A stretch of DNA of 64,000 nucleotides from Blastocatellia bacterium (GCA_046331565.1 JAXLQP010000001.1:1433162-1497161), one strand, 5' to 3'; positions 52,467 to 64,000 are shown, counted from the stretch's first letter. Notes: generated by a model not told the origin, from the letters alone. Program-made: numbers and translations.

Positions 52467-54017
52467 ATGGATAACCCTTCAAGTGACACGCGGCGGGCGC
52501 GCATCTTCATCAGCTACAAACGCACCAACCCGGACGAGGCGCTGGCGATGGAAGTCTTTCGCGCGCTCCAGTCAAAGTACGATGTCTTCATTGATCAGAC
52601 CATGCTGGTCGGCACGCCCTGGGCGCAGCGGATTGAAGAAGAACTGCGGCGCGCTGATTTTCTGATCACCTTCCTTTCTGAACATTCGGTCAACAGCGAA
52701 ATGGTGCTGGGCGAAATCGAAACCGCGCACCGGCTGGCGAAGGAATGCCAGGGCAAACCGGTCATCCTGCCGGTGCGGCTGGCTTACCGCGAAGCTTTCA
52801 GGTATCCGCTCAGCGCGTTTCTCAATCCGATCAACTGGGCTTTCTGGAACAGCCCTGAAGACACGCCGCGCCTGATTGATGAACTCAGTCGCGCCATCAA
52901 CGGCGGCAGCCTGGCAGGCAGCGGGCAGCCGACAGCCCCGGCTACTTCACCTGCGCTCAATGCCCTGCCGCAACCACTGCCTGCGGCGCAGCCACCTGCG
53001 CGCAAGGTGACGCTTGATCTGCCCGAGGGAACGATTGACACGCAATCACAGTTCTATGTCGTCCGCGACACCGACGCGATTGCGCTCGAAGCCATCAAAC
53101 GACAGGGCGTGACCATCACGATCAAAGGCCCGCGACAGATGGGCAAAAGCTCGCTGCTGATTCGCACCATCAAGGCGGCGACGAATCTGGGCAAGCGCGT
53201 GGCCTTTCTCGATTTTCAGTTATTCGACAAAACGGCGCTCTCAAGCGCGGATGTTTTTTTCAGGCAGTTCTGTTCGTGGATGAGTGATGAACTCGACCTT
53301 GAGGACAAGACCGAGGAATGCTGGAAGGCTCCGCTGGGCAACAGCCAGCGGTGCGCGCGTTACGTCAGCCGCTATCTGCTGAAGGAACTCAAAGGCCCGC
53401 TGGTGCTGGCGATGGATGAAGTCGAAAGCATCTTTGAGACTGATTACCGCACCGATTTTTTCAGTATGCTGCGAAGCTGGCACAACAGCCGCGCCACTCA
53501 GGCGACCTGGAAACAGCTTGATCTGGCGCTGGTGACTTCAACCGAGCCTTACCAGTTGATCGAAAATCTGAATCAGTCGCCATTCAATGTCGGTGAAGTC
53601 ATCGAAATGTGCGATTTCAACGCCGCGCAGGTGGCCGACCTCAATCAGCGGCACAACAACCCGCTCAATCAGGAACAGCTCAATCAACTGATGGCGCTGC
53701 TCAGCGGGCATCCTTATCTCGTGCGGCGCGCGCTGTACGTGGTGGCCAGCGGGCGCATCAGCGTGGCCGATCTGTTCGCCCAGGCCACAAGTGATCGCGG
53801 GCCGTTCGGCGATCACCTGCGCTATCACCTCTTTCGGCTCAACAACCACGAGGAACTGATTCGCGGGCTGCAACAGGTCATCAGGCATCACGCCTGCCAG
53901 AACGAGGAAGTCTTTTTCAGATTACGCGGCGCAGGCCTCGTCCGGCGCGAAGGCCACGCCGACCTGCCGCGCTGCCAGCTTTATGCCGATTATTTCCAGG
54001 AGTACCTCCATGTCTGA
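52467..54017 (+). CDS. TIR domain protein fused to an AAA-like (PF14516-type) P-loop NTPase domain
   Basis: N-terminal TIR_2-like block (RIFISYKRTNPDEALAMEVFRALQSKYDVFIDQ…ADFLITFLSEHSVNSEMVLGEIETA); Pro/Ala linker; then QFYVVRDTDAIALEAIKRQGVTITIKGPRQMGKSSLLIRT (Walker A) and hhhhDE Walker B (LVLAMDEVE). Confidence 0.75.
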   Translation: MDNPSSDTRRARIFISYKRTNPDEALAMEVFRALQSKYDVFIDQTMLVGTPWAQRIEEELRRADFLITFLSEHSVNSEMVLGEIETAHRLAKECQGKPVILPVRLAYREAFRYPLSAFLNPINWAFWNSPEDTPRLIDELSRAINGGSLAGSGQPTAPATSPALNALPQPLPAAQPPARKVTLDLPEGTIDTQSQFYVVRDTDAIALEAIKRQGVTITIKGPRQMGKSSLLIRTIKAATNLGKRVAFLDFQLFDKTALSSADVFFRQFCSWMSDELDLEDKTEECWKAPLGNSQRCARYVSRYLLKELKGPLVLAMDEVESIFETDYRTDFFSMLRSWHNSRATQATWKQLDLALVTSTEPYQLIENLNQSPFNVGEVIEMCDFNAAQVADLNQRHNNPLNQEQLNQLMALLSGHPYLVRRALYVVASGRISVADLFAQATSDRGPFGDHLRYHLFRLNNHEELIRGLQQVIRHHACQNEEVFFRLRGAGLVRREGHADLPRCQLYADYFQEYLHV

Positions 54018-55626
54018 AATCCAAACTCAGTCGGTTATGCCTGCGCCTCAGGTGGTCTTTACCACAGGCGGCACCGTGCAGGCAGGCAATGGCATTTACC
54101 TCGCGCGCCGCGCTGACGATGAACTGCTCGCGCTCTGTCGCAAAGCGGTGTTCGCTTATATTCTGACGGCGCGGCAGCTTGGCAAATCCAGCCTGATGAT
54201 GCGCACGGTTGAGCGATTGCACAGCGAAGGCATCAGAACAGTCATCATTGACCTGACTGCCATTGGCGTCAACGTCTCAGCCGATGAATGGTATCTCGGA
54301 CTGCTGGCGACAATGGAAGAACAACTGATGTTTGAGACTGACATTGTCGAATGGTGGCGCGAGCGGCAGCACCTGGGCCAGACGCAGCGGCTGACGATGT
54401 TTTTTGAGGAAGTGCTGCTGAGCGAGGTGAAAGAGCCGGTCGTGGTTTTTGTGGACGAAATTGACACCACGCTGAGCCTGAAATTCACCGATGATTTCTT
54501 TGCCGCGATTCGCTACTTCTACAACGCCCGCGCTCAGAACCACGATCTGGCGCGGCTTTCGTTCGTGCTGATCGGAGTAGCCACGCCGGGCGATCTGATC
54601 AAGGATGAACAGCGCACGCCTTTCAATATCGGTCATCGGGTCGAACTGACCGACTTCACTTTTGAAGAAGCTCTGCCGCTGGCCGATGGGTTCAGGCTGT
54701 CGGCGCCGGAAGCTGAACAACTGCTCCGGTGGGTGCTGAAATGGACGAGCGGGCATCCGTACCTGACGCAGCGGTTGTGTCGCGCGCTGGCTGAAGAAAA
54801 ACGAACAAGCTGGACTGAGGCCGCCGTTGATGAAGTCGTGGCCCGCACCTTTTTTGGTGAACGCAGCGAACAGGACAACAACCTGCAATTCGTCCGCGAC
54901 ATGCTGACCAAACGCGCGCCTGACCGTGACGGCGTGCTGTCGGTTTACAGCGCGGTCATCGAGGGCCGTGTGCCGGTGCCGGATGAAGAACAGTCGCTCG
55001 TCAAATCGCACCTGAAACTGTCGGGCGTCGTGCGGCGCGAAAATTCAGAACTGAAATTGCGCAATGCCATTTACGGCCATGTCTTTGATCGCAAATGGAT
55101 CAGCGAACATCAGCCGGTGAACTGGATGCGGCGGCTGGTCAGAATCGGTTCGGCAATTCTGGGCATTCTGATGCTGCTTTCGATTCCGCTGGCGATCTAT
55201 GCTTTCTATCAGGCCAGCCAGGCCAATCAGGCCCGCACCAAAGCTGAAGAAGCACTCAAACAGGTCAGACTGGAACGCGAATACGCGCTTGAGCAGGAGC
55301 GCAAGGCCAAAGAAGCCCAGGACAGAGAACGGGCGCAGAAAGAAGCCCTGGCCAGCGATCAGGCTGAGTTGCAGGCTCTGATCAATCAGTTGCAGCAACA
55401 GTCGGGTGACAGTTATGAGCCGCTCTCAAAAAAATTGCAGCGTCTGCTCGATGCTCAGAAAAAACTTTCCGATCAGCAGCGAACTGCCGCCGCCCGCGCG
55501 CAGTCCGAATCTGACAAATTGCGCGCCACGCTGAACACAGTGCAGGGTGAATTACAGCAGGCTAAAAATGAACTTACTGCGTGCCGTCGCAACCTCAATC
55601 CGAAAATGCAACTGAAGGGCAATTGA
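54010..55626 (+). CDS. AAA-like (PF14516-type) P-loop NTPase with C-terminal TM helix and ~140-aa coiled coil
   Basis: GIYLARRADDELLALCRKAVFAYILTARQLGKSSLMMRT (Walker A), VVFVDEID (Walker B); hydrophobic helix LVRIGSAILGILMLLSIPLAIYAFY; heptad-rich Q/E/K/R tail; ATG overlaps the upstream stop (ATGTCTGA). Confidence 0.7.
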   Translation: MSEIQTQSVMPAPQVVFTTGGTVQAGNGIYLARRADDELLALCRKAVFAYILTARQLGKSSLMMRTVERLHSEGIRTVIIDLTAIGVNVSADEWYLGLLATMEEQLMFETDIVEWWRERQHLGQTQRLTMFFEEVLLSEVKEPVVVFVDEIDTTLSLKFTDDFFAAIRYFYNARAQNHDLARLSFVLIGVATPGDLIKDEQRTPFNIGHRVELTDFTFEEALPLADGFRLSAPEAEQLLRWVLKWTSGHPYLTQRLCRALAEEKRTSWTEAAVDEVVARTFFGERSEQDNNLQFVRDMLTKRAPDRDGVLSVYSAVIEGRVPVPDEEQSLVKSHLKLSGVVRRENSELKLRNAIYGHVFDRKWISEHQPVNWMRRLVRIGSAILGILMLLSIPLAIYAFYQASQANQARTKAEEALKQVRLEREYALEQERKAKEAQDRERAQKEALASDQAELQALINQLQQQSGDSYEPLSKKLQRLLDAQKKLSDQQRTAAARAQSESDKLRATLNTVQGELQQAKNELTACRRNLNPKMQLKGN

Positions 55627-56020
55627 AGACCAGGAAGTCAGTCGGCCCCTGAGGCAGCGGCGCGAGCGCCAGCCTGCTTCAGGTCGGGCAAACTGCCGGT
55701 TTTACCCTTCCCGCATTCTGACGCTCGCGGCGCTGCCCCGGTCGCCTGACCAGACTTCACCCGCAGTAACGGCACCGATGAAGATCGCTTCACCGGCTGT
55801 TACCGGGCAACTGTCAGCAGCAGATTGTGAGGTCGTGAGAATGGCCGAAACGGAACCGCTCAAAGATCATTCGTTGTTTACTGGTCAGTCATCAAAGCAA
55901 TGTTCATCGGCCTGGAACCGGGTGGGCAGCAACTGCATCCTGGCACAACTCACGGCCAGGTGTAAACTTTTCGTTTCGCGGAAGGACATTAGAAAATCAG
56001 GCCGGTTCAGATGGTTGGCT

Positions 56021-57475
56021 TCAGTCAAAAACGATGTTGTGGCCTTTTTTGTGTTCGCGGCACATCTTCTGCGCCGGGACGGCCTTGCCTGGATTGCAGA
56101 GTCCGGTCGGATTGAAAACATCCTTGACCGACAGCATCGCATCCAGCGAAGCCTGATCGAAAATCAGCGGCATATAGCTGATCTTGTCCACGCCGACGCC
56201 GTGTTCGCCTGAAATCGAACCACCGGCGGCCACGCACAGTTTCATAATCTCGCTGCCAGCCAGGTGCACACGTTCGACCTCATCGCGGTTGCGCCCGTCA
56301 AAATTGATGTTCGGATGCAGGTTGCCATCACCCGCGTGAAAGACCGTCGAAAGCCGCAGTTTGTATTTCGCGCCGATGGCGTAAATGCCCGCCAGCACTT
56401 CGGGCAGCTTTGTGCGCGGCACGACCGAATCCTGCACAAAGAGATCAGGACTGACGCGACCGAGCGCGCCGAATGCGCCCTTGCGTCCGGCCCATAATTT
56501 TTTGCGTTCGACCTCATCACGCGCTTCGCGCACCGACCGCGCGCCGTGTTCGCAGCAGATGTCAATGGCGCGCTGCACCTGCTGATTCATCCCGGCCTGC
56601 AATCCGTCAAGCTCGACAATCAGACAGGCCGCCGCATCGCGCGGATAACCGGCGGCATAAACCGAATCCTCGACCGCATTGATCGTCACGCGGTCAATCA
56701 TTTCAAGCGCCGCAGGCAGAATCCCGGCGGCAATAATCGCCGACACCGCGCGACTGGCATCGTTGATGTCGAGAAAATCCGCGAGCAGCGTGACCACCAG
56801 TTGCGGCGTGCGCGTCAGCTTCACAGTAATTTTCGTTGCAATCCCAAAGGTGCCTTCGCTGCCGACAAACAGCCCCAGCAGGTCATAACCAATCGTGTCA
56901 GCTCCGTGCCCGCCCAGGCTGACGATTTCACCATCGGGCAGCACGACTTCCAGACCCAGAATGTGATTGGTCGTCATCCCGTATTTCAGACAGTGCGGCC
57001 CGCCGGAATTTTCAGCGACGTTGCCGCCCAGCGTGCACGAAGTCTGCGACGAAGGATCAGGCGCATAATGATAACCATTGGCCGCAATCGCCTGCGAAAG
57101 GCGAACATTAATCAAGCCCGGCTGCACGATGGCCCGCTGATTGGCGTAATCAATTTCGAGGATGCGATTCATCCGCGCCATTTCGATGATGACGGCTCGT
57201 TCGCCCTTTTCGCAGCCAATCGCCAGCGCGCCCGAACTCAGCCCCGTGCCCGCGCCACGCGGCCCGAAAGCGATATTGTTTTTTGACAGCAGCCGCACCG
57301 TGCGCGAAACCTGTTCAGTCGTCGTCGGAAAGACAACCGCCAGCGGGCGCACTTTATGCGTCGTGATGGCGTCGCATTCGTAAACCATCAGTTCGGCCTC
57401 ATCAGTCAGCACTGCGTCTTTGCCGAGAATCGAATGAAGTTCGGTAATAACTGCCTTGTCGAGTGTCTGCATAAA
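56021..57475 (-). CDS. FAD-binding oxidoreductase (GlcD / D-lactate dehydrogenase-like, FAD-linked oxidase family)
   Basis: FAD_binding_4 motifs (…PRGAGTGLSSGA…), C-terminal FAD-oxidase_C region; ~480 aa. Confidence 0.8.
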   Translation of the reverse strand, partial: FMQTLDKAVITELHSILGKDAVLTDEAELMVYECDAITTHKVRPLAVVFPTTTEQVSRTVRLLSKNNIAFGPRGAGTGLSSGALAIGCEKGERAVIIEMARMNRILEIDYANQRAIVQPGLINVRLSQAIAANGYHYAPDPSSQTSCTLGGNVAENSGGPHCLKYGMTTNHILGLEVVLPDGEIVSLGGHGADTIGYDLLGLFVGSEGTFGIATKITVKLTRTPQLVVTLLADFLDINDASRAVSAIIAAGILPAALEMIDRVTINAVEDSVYAAGYPRDAAACLIVELDGLQAGMNQQVQRAIDICCEHGARSVREARDEVERKKLWAGRKGAFGALGRVSPDLFVQDSVVPRTKLPEVLAGIYAIGAKYKLRLSTVFHAGDGNLHPNINFDGRNRDEVERVHLAGSEIMKLCVAAGGSISGEHGVGVDKISYMPLIFDQASLDAMLSVKDVFNPTGLCNPGKAVPAQKMCREHKKGHNIVFD

Positions 57476-57617
57476 GAATCGGGAGCGGGTCAATTAATGC
57501 GAGCGCAAATCCGGTAAAAGTTTTCTGCGTGATTCGCCTTCCGGTCTGACATTGCGTGCCAGGATTGCTAGAATAGTCGTTCGCAAATTCTGAAACAAGC
57601 ATGGCACATTCAGGCTT

Positions 57618-58628
57618 ATGAATTCCGAAACAATGCCCCTTCAACTCCGCGACAGCTATGGCCGCGTCATTCGTGACCTGCGGATTTCAGTGACCGACCG
57701 GTGCAACTTTCGCTGCTTTTACTGCATGCCGAAGGAAGCGATGGAATGGTCGCCGAAGGCTGAGATTCTGACTTACGAAGAGATTCTGAGGCTCGCTGAA
57801 GTTTTCGTATCGCTGGGCGCGAGCAGGTTGCGCGTCACGGGCGGCGAACCAATGGTGCGGCGCGACCTTGAAAACCTGATTGAGCGGCTGGCGCAGTTGC
57901 CGCAGCTTGCCGATCTGGCGATGACGACCAATGCACACTTCCTGCGCGGGCGCGCGGCGGCGCTCAAACGCGCCGGATTGCAACGCATCACGATCAGCCT
58001 GGATTCGCTGCAACCGGAACGGTTCGCGCTGCTCACGGGCCGCAACGGTCTGAAGCAGGTGCTGGAAGGCATAGACGCCGCGATTGAAGCGGGACTCAGC
58101 CCGGTCAAAATCAACAGCGTCGTAATTCGCGGCATCAACGATGACCAGGCGCTTGATTTTGCAGCCTTCGCGCGCGAACGCGGCGTCCACGTCCGGTTCA
58201 TCGAATTTATGCCGCTCGATAACGGCAAGGTCTGGCGGCGCGAAATGGTTGTGCCCGGCGAAGAACTCAGACAGCGAATCAACGCCGTCTTTCCGCTCGA
58301 ACGTGTGCCTGCGGCAAGTCCGAGCGAAACTGCAAGAAGATGGCGTTTTGCCGACGGCGCGCCGGGCGAGGTTGGTTTCATCAACCCGGTCACGCAACCT
58401 TTCTGCGGCCATTGCAGCCGCATCCGGCTGACCGCTGACGGAATGATTCGCACCTGTCTTTTCTCAACCGTCGAACACAATATCAAGCGCCTGCTGCGCA
58501 CAGGCGCAACCCGCGAGGAACTGACTGATTTCATCGTCACGACAGTTAATAAAAAAGAAGATCGTCACCACATCAACGATCCCGAATTTGTGCAGCCGCT
58601 CAGGACGATGTCGTGTATTGGAGGGTAG
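57618..58628 (+). CDS. moaA: GTP 3',8-cyclase (molybdenum cofactor biosynthesis protein A)
   Basis: Radical-SAM CNFRCFYC motif, C-terminal CxxC…C cluster (CGHCSRIRLTADGMIRTC), 336 aa. Confidence 0.9.
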   Translation: MNSETMPLQLRDSYGRVIRDLRISVTDRCNFRCFYCMPKEAMEWSPKAEILTYEEILRLAEVFVSLGASRLRVTGGEPMVRRDLENLIERLAQLPQLADLAMTTNAHFLRGRAAALKRAGLQRITISLDSLQPERFALLTGRNGLKQVLEGIDAAIEAGLSPVKINSVVIRGINDDQALDFAAFARERGVHVRFIEFMPLDNGKVWRREMVVPGEELRQRINAVFPLERVPAASPSETARRWRFADGAPGEVGFINPVTQPFCGHCSRIRLTADGMIRTCLFSTVEHNIKRLLRTGATREELTDFIVTTVNKKEDRHHINDPEFVQPLRTMSCIGG

Positions 58629-58790
58629 GTTCTTTAATGAACACTTTTCGTCCCTGTCCGATACCAAAAGGTGATTTTGAAGTTTGCGATACTCCTGAAT
58701 TCGGTATTGCTTATTACAAGTTACATGAATTGCGAAAAGCCTGAATCAAAACTTTATTGAACCACGACAACCCATAACCACAATCTTTTC

Positions 58791-60886
<2,096 letters not shown>

Positions 60887-60900
60887 GAGGAAAGCTGGCG

Positions 60901-61176
60901 ATGGAACACACCATAACAGTCACACTGCCGGATGAAATCTATCAGCCGCTGGTCGAAGCCGCGCTCAAACACGGACAGACCCCTGAAGAGTTTGCGGCTG
61001 AGCGACTGGCCGAATCAGTTCCGCTCCCGCAGTTGAATGGCGGGCAGGTCGGGAAAGGCGACATCACTCGCTTCTTTGGAATGTGGGACAGCGGTGATCT
61101 GAATTCAGCCGATAACGAGCGCATTGACGCTGATCTGGCCCGCGAATATGGCAATGTACTCAATGAGGATCAATAG
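60901..61176 (+). CDS. Putative type II antitoxin (VapB-like) paired with the downstream PIN toxin
   Basis: ~90-aa acidic protein immediately upstream of, and 2 nt from, the PIN gene; N-terminal beta-strand-like region (TITVTLPDEIYQ). Confidence 0.5.
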   Translation: MEHTITVTLPDEIYQPLVEAALKHGQTPEEFAAERLAESVPLPQLNGGQVGKGDITRFFGMWDSGDLNSADNERIDADLAREYGNVLNEDQ

Positions 61177-61178
61177 CC

Positions 61179-61574
61179 ATGTTCCTGGACACCTCAGGGT
61201 TGATGTGCCTGCTCGACCACCGGGACCATCGCCACGTTAAGGCGCTGGAATTTTATCGGCCTGCTCGCATCCGAATAATCAGCAGTTACGTTCTGGCTGA
61301 ATACGTTGCGCTGGCCCAGGTGCGCGGGATGCCACGTCGGCAGACGCTGGAGTTCAGCGCTGAAATTCTGGAAGACAAAACAGTCGAAATTGTCTGGGTC
61401 ACGGAATCCCTGCACTTGCGTGCATTGCAGTTGCTCCGGGCTCGTCAGGATAAAACGTATTCCCTGTGCGACGCTGTTAGTTTTGTCCTGATGCGTGATT
61501 ACGGCATTCACGAAGCATTGACCACCGACAGGCATTTCGAGCAGGAAGGCTTTACACGACTACTTGAGGGATAA
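61179..61574 (+). CDS. vapC: PIN domain toxin (VapC family)
   Basis: MFLDTSGLM… N-terminal Asp and C-terminal …TTDRHFEQ acidic residues typical of VapC PIN domains. Confidence 0.75.
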   Translation: MFLDTSGLMCLLDHRDHRHVKALEFYRPARIRIISSYVLAEYVALAQVRGMPRRQTLEFSAEILEDKTVEIVWVTESLHLRALQLLRARQDKTYSLCDAVSFVLMRDYGIHEALTTDRHFEQEGFTRLLEG

Positions 61575-61637
61575 CGCATCAGCCTTTCAGAACCTGATAA
61601 TCACTTAACCACTGTACTGACCCGATAAAGGAGAGCC

Positions 61638-62000
61638 ATGAAACATCACAAGCTGCACCAGATTCCCGAAGAACATGTGACCCCGCTGTTTTCGCGCCGC
61701 TTTTTTACCGGCGCGAATATCACGATAGCTTTTCTGACGCTGAAGGAAGGCTGCGTTGTGCCTGAACACCAGCACGACAGCGAACAGTTCAGTTACATTA
61801 TTACCGGCGCGCTGCGCTTCAACATCGGCGGCGAAGAGGTCATCGTGCGTGGCGGCGAAATGGTCGAAATCCCATCCAATGTGCCGCATTCAGCCGTCGC
61901 CATTGAAACCGTCACCGGCATTGATGTCTTCAGCCCGATCCGCAGGGACTGGCGCGATGGCACCGATGATTATCTGAAGCGCGGCAATCCGGGCGACTAA
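61638..62000 (+). CDS. Cupin domain-containing protein
   Basis: Two-His cupin motifs (PEHQHDSEQFSYIITG…; …PSNVPHSAVA); 120 aa. Confidence 0.7.
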   Translation: MKHHKLHQIPEEHVTPLFSRRFFTGANITIAFLTLKEGCVVPEHQHDSEQFSYIITGALRFNIGGEEVIVRGGEMVEIPSNVPHSAVAIETVTGIDVFSPIRRDWRDGTDDYLKRGNPGD

Positions 62001-62016
62001 CCTCGAATCCGTTCAG

Positions 62017-62058
62017 CAACGGGCCTGAACCCTGCCTGAATCCTTCAGGCCCGTTTAG
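62017..62058 (+). terminator. Hairpin downstream of the cupin gene (weak terminator candidate)
   Basis: AACGGGCCTGAA …14-nt loop… TTCAGGCCCGTT followed by TAG/TTT; short U-tract. Confidence 0.3.
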
Positions 62059-62262
62059 TCAGCACTGCTGATTCAGCCGTTTTTTCATCTTTGCCGTAAA
62101 ACTGCGGTGTGGTACATTCCGCCCGCCGGATCAGCCCTGGTCTGAAGCACCAGAACCCCGCTCAGCGCAGTCCCGCGCTGAAAACTCACTCAGGTACGAT
62201 TCGTAATCACATCGCCTGCCATCGGCCCCGCCAGGCTGGTCTGTTCGGAATCCGCTTTGGCT

Positions 62263-64000
62263 ATGATCGGAAAAACCATCGGCAATTACGTCATCACCAG
62301 CGAACTGGCTGAAGGCGGCATGGGTGCGGTCTATCGCGGCAAACATCGCACGCTGCCGCGCGAAGTCGTGATCAAATCCATTCTGCTGTCAGGCTTTTCT
62401 TCGGGCACGCACGAACTGCTCAAGGCGCGGTTTCTGCGCGAGGCCTGCATTCAGTCACAGCTTGATCATCCGAATATCGTCCGCATCTACGAATTTTTTG
62501 CGGCGCAGGACAACTACTATCTGGTGATGGAATACGTGGCCGGAATGAGCCTCGCAGACCTGCTGAAACGACAGGGCCGCCTGTCACCGCCGCAGGCGAT
62601 TCAGCTTTTCAAACAGGCGCTGGCCGGGATGGATTACGCGCACAAATTCACTTACCTGGATGAAGCAAACGCGACGCACACCGGCATCGTGCATCGTGAC
62701 ATCAAGCCGGGCAACATGCTGCTTGACGGGCAGGCGCGGCTCAGAATCACTGATTTCGGCATCGTCAAAGTTGGCAGCGAAAGCGGGCTGACGCAGTCGG
62801 GTTTCAATCCCGGCACGGTGGCTTATATGTCGCCGGAACAGTTGCGCGGTCTGGCGCTCGATGCGCGCTCGGACATTTACAGTCTGGGCGTGACGTTTTA
62901 TGAAATGCTGGCCGGACAACTGCCTTTCCCGTCCTCAACGCCTGGTTCCGATTACGAAACCCGCAAGGGGCATATCGAACTGCAACCGCCTGCGCTGCCT
63001 GAATTGCACGCCGATATTCCGGCTGAGCTGAATGAACTCGTTCAGCGTTCGCTGCACAAGGATCCGGGCGGGCGTTACCAGACCGTCGCTGAATTTATGG
63101 AAGCGATTCTGGATTACGAACAGCGCACACTGACCGGAGAAAGGATGGCTGGCAACAGCCTGGACACAGTTCGCCAGACGGTTCTTGCGGCAACCAGACA
63201 GATGCGGCCCGCCGCGCTGACTTCAGATTCCACGCTTCCGCGCGCGGCTCAGGCACACGCCGTTCAGGAGCGGATCAGATTCAATGTCCCGCTCGAACCA
63301 GTATCCTTTCGCCGCACGACGAATGAATCAGGAAATAACCGGGGCAAATTGATTGCAGGCGCGGCGCTCGGACTGCTGCTGATCGGCGCAGCCGTACCGT
63401 TTTTCCGCTCGCATAACGGTCAGGATTCGAAAGTTGAAAATAATCCGGCGCCAGTCGTGCAGCCGTCTGTCAATGTCACTTCGACAAACGGGCCGACAAC
63501 GCCTGTCATCACGACAACTCAGCCAACTGCTCCGGCAATGACAGCGCAGGATGCAGCGACACCAGAACCGTCACCTTCGCCTGTGCCTGAGAGCGCGGCA
63601 ACCGCAACCTCAACGGCAGGCGCAACCGAACTGGCACAAGCCCGCGAACACGAAAGCGAGGAACGTTACCGCGAAGCGATTGCCGCTTACGAAAATTATC
63701 TGCGCGTCAATCCGGGCGGCGCGCAGGCGGGGATGGTGACTGAAAATCTGAAGCAGCTTCGGCAGTTTCTGGGCGTCCTGACGCTGGCCGATCAGGAACT
63801 GCGGCAGCAGGATTACGAATCGGCCGAACGCAATTTCAAACAGGCCATCACGCTCAGGCCCGATTCGAGGCGCGCCAAATCCGGTTATGAAGAAGCCCGC
63901 ACACAGCTTGAACTGGCGCGTCGTTATGGCCCGACGCCAACACCCGCCAGCGGCAATCAGCAATCACCGCCACCAAACGTTCAGCCGCCACCGCCAGGTC
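62263..64000 (+). CDS. Serine/threonine protein kinase with Pro-rich linker and C-terminal TPR region (3' partial; runs off the window)
   Basis: MIGKTIGNYVITSELAEGGMGAVYRGKH…VIKS; HRDIKPGNML; DFGIV; GTVAYMSPEQ; TM-like GAALGLLLIG; TPR-like repeats; no stop before the window end. Confidence 0.8.
   Translation, partial: MIGKTIGNYVITSELAEGGMGAVYRGKHRTLPREVVIKSILLSGFSSGTHELLKARFLREACIQSQLDHPNIVRIYEFFAAQDNYYLVMEYVAGMSLADLLKRQGRLSPPQAIQLFKQALAGMDYAHKFTYLDEANATHTGIVHRDIKPGNMLLDGQARLRITDFGIVKVGSESGLTQSGFNPGTVAYMSPEQLRGLALDARSDIYSLGVTFYEMLAGQLPFPSSTPGSDYETRKGHIELQPPALPELHADIPAELNELVQRSLHKDPGGRYQTVAEFMEAILDYEQRTLTGERMAGNSLDTVRQTVLAATRQMRPAALTSDSTLPRAAQAHAVQERIRFNVPLEPVSFRRTTNESGNNRGKLIAGAALGLLLIGAAVPFFRSHNGQDSKVENNPAPVVQPSVNVTSTNGPTTPVITTTQPTAPAMTAQDAATPEPSPSPVPESAATATSTAGATELAQAREHESEERYREAIAAYENYLRVNPGGAQAGMVTENLKQLRQFLGVLTLADQELRQQDYESAERNFKQAITLRPDSRRAKSGYEEARTQLELARRYGPTPTPASGNQQSPPPNVQPPPPG

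Noticed and set aside
52467-55626. Possibility that the TIR/NTPase pair is an assembly chimera or a prophage remnant
   Set aside because: GC content and codon style look host-like. There are no integrase, transposase or phage structural genes and no flanking tRNA within the window. The 8-nt ATGTCTGA overlap argues for a genuine two-gene operon.
55778-56212. 144-aa ORF on + strand spanning the gap between the NTPase gene and glcD
   Set aside because: It overlaps the 3' end of the strongly supported minus-strand glcD-like gene and has no start context or motifs, so it is likely spurious. The 55627-56020 gap otherwise shows no obvious structured element.

Overview
High-GC (about 60%) bacterial chromosomal window. 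The gene content points to Acidobacteria: two TIGR03436-like secreted VWA proteins, a TonB-dependent receptor with an N-terminal carboxypeptidase-regulatory-like domain, and TAT-exported Gfo/Idh/MocA oxidoreductases. Most of the window is housekeeping or metabolic: a tatA-tatC operon; a GS-like / aldehyde dehydrogenase / SDR / GATase1 / APC-permease cluster that may catabolise amines by gamma-glutamylation; PolX, an aquaporin and MscS; gamma-glutamyltransferase; a fatty-acid desaturase; an LLM oxidoreductase / CN-hydrolase / NCS1-permease cluster; kdsA and kdsC; moaA; a TPP riboswitch in front of thiC; a VapBC-like pair; and a Ser/Thr kinase that runs off the 3' end. The stand-out feature is a translationally coupled two-gene module at 52467-55626. 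Gene 1 is a TIR domain fused to an AAA-like (PF14516-type) P-loop NTPase. Gene 2 is a second AAA-like NTPase with a C-terminal transmembrane helix and long coiled coil. The pair sits in an AT-rich-promoter intergenic gap immediately after kdsC and next to a Uma2-family endonuclease. This looks like an uncharacterised TIR-STAND-type conflict or anti-phage system. The window also carries several families of long palindromic intergenic repeats (REP/MITE-like), mostly at gene ends; a paired 21-bp palindromic operator upstream of the TonB receptor; and a tandem pair of secreted beta-helix paralogues that share about 650 bp of identical 5' sequence but carry different C-terminal modules.
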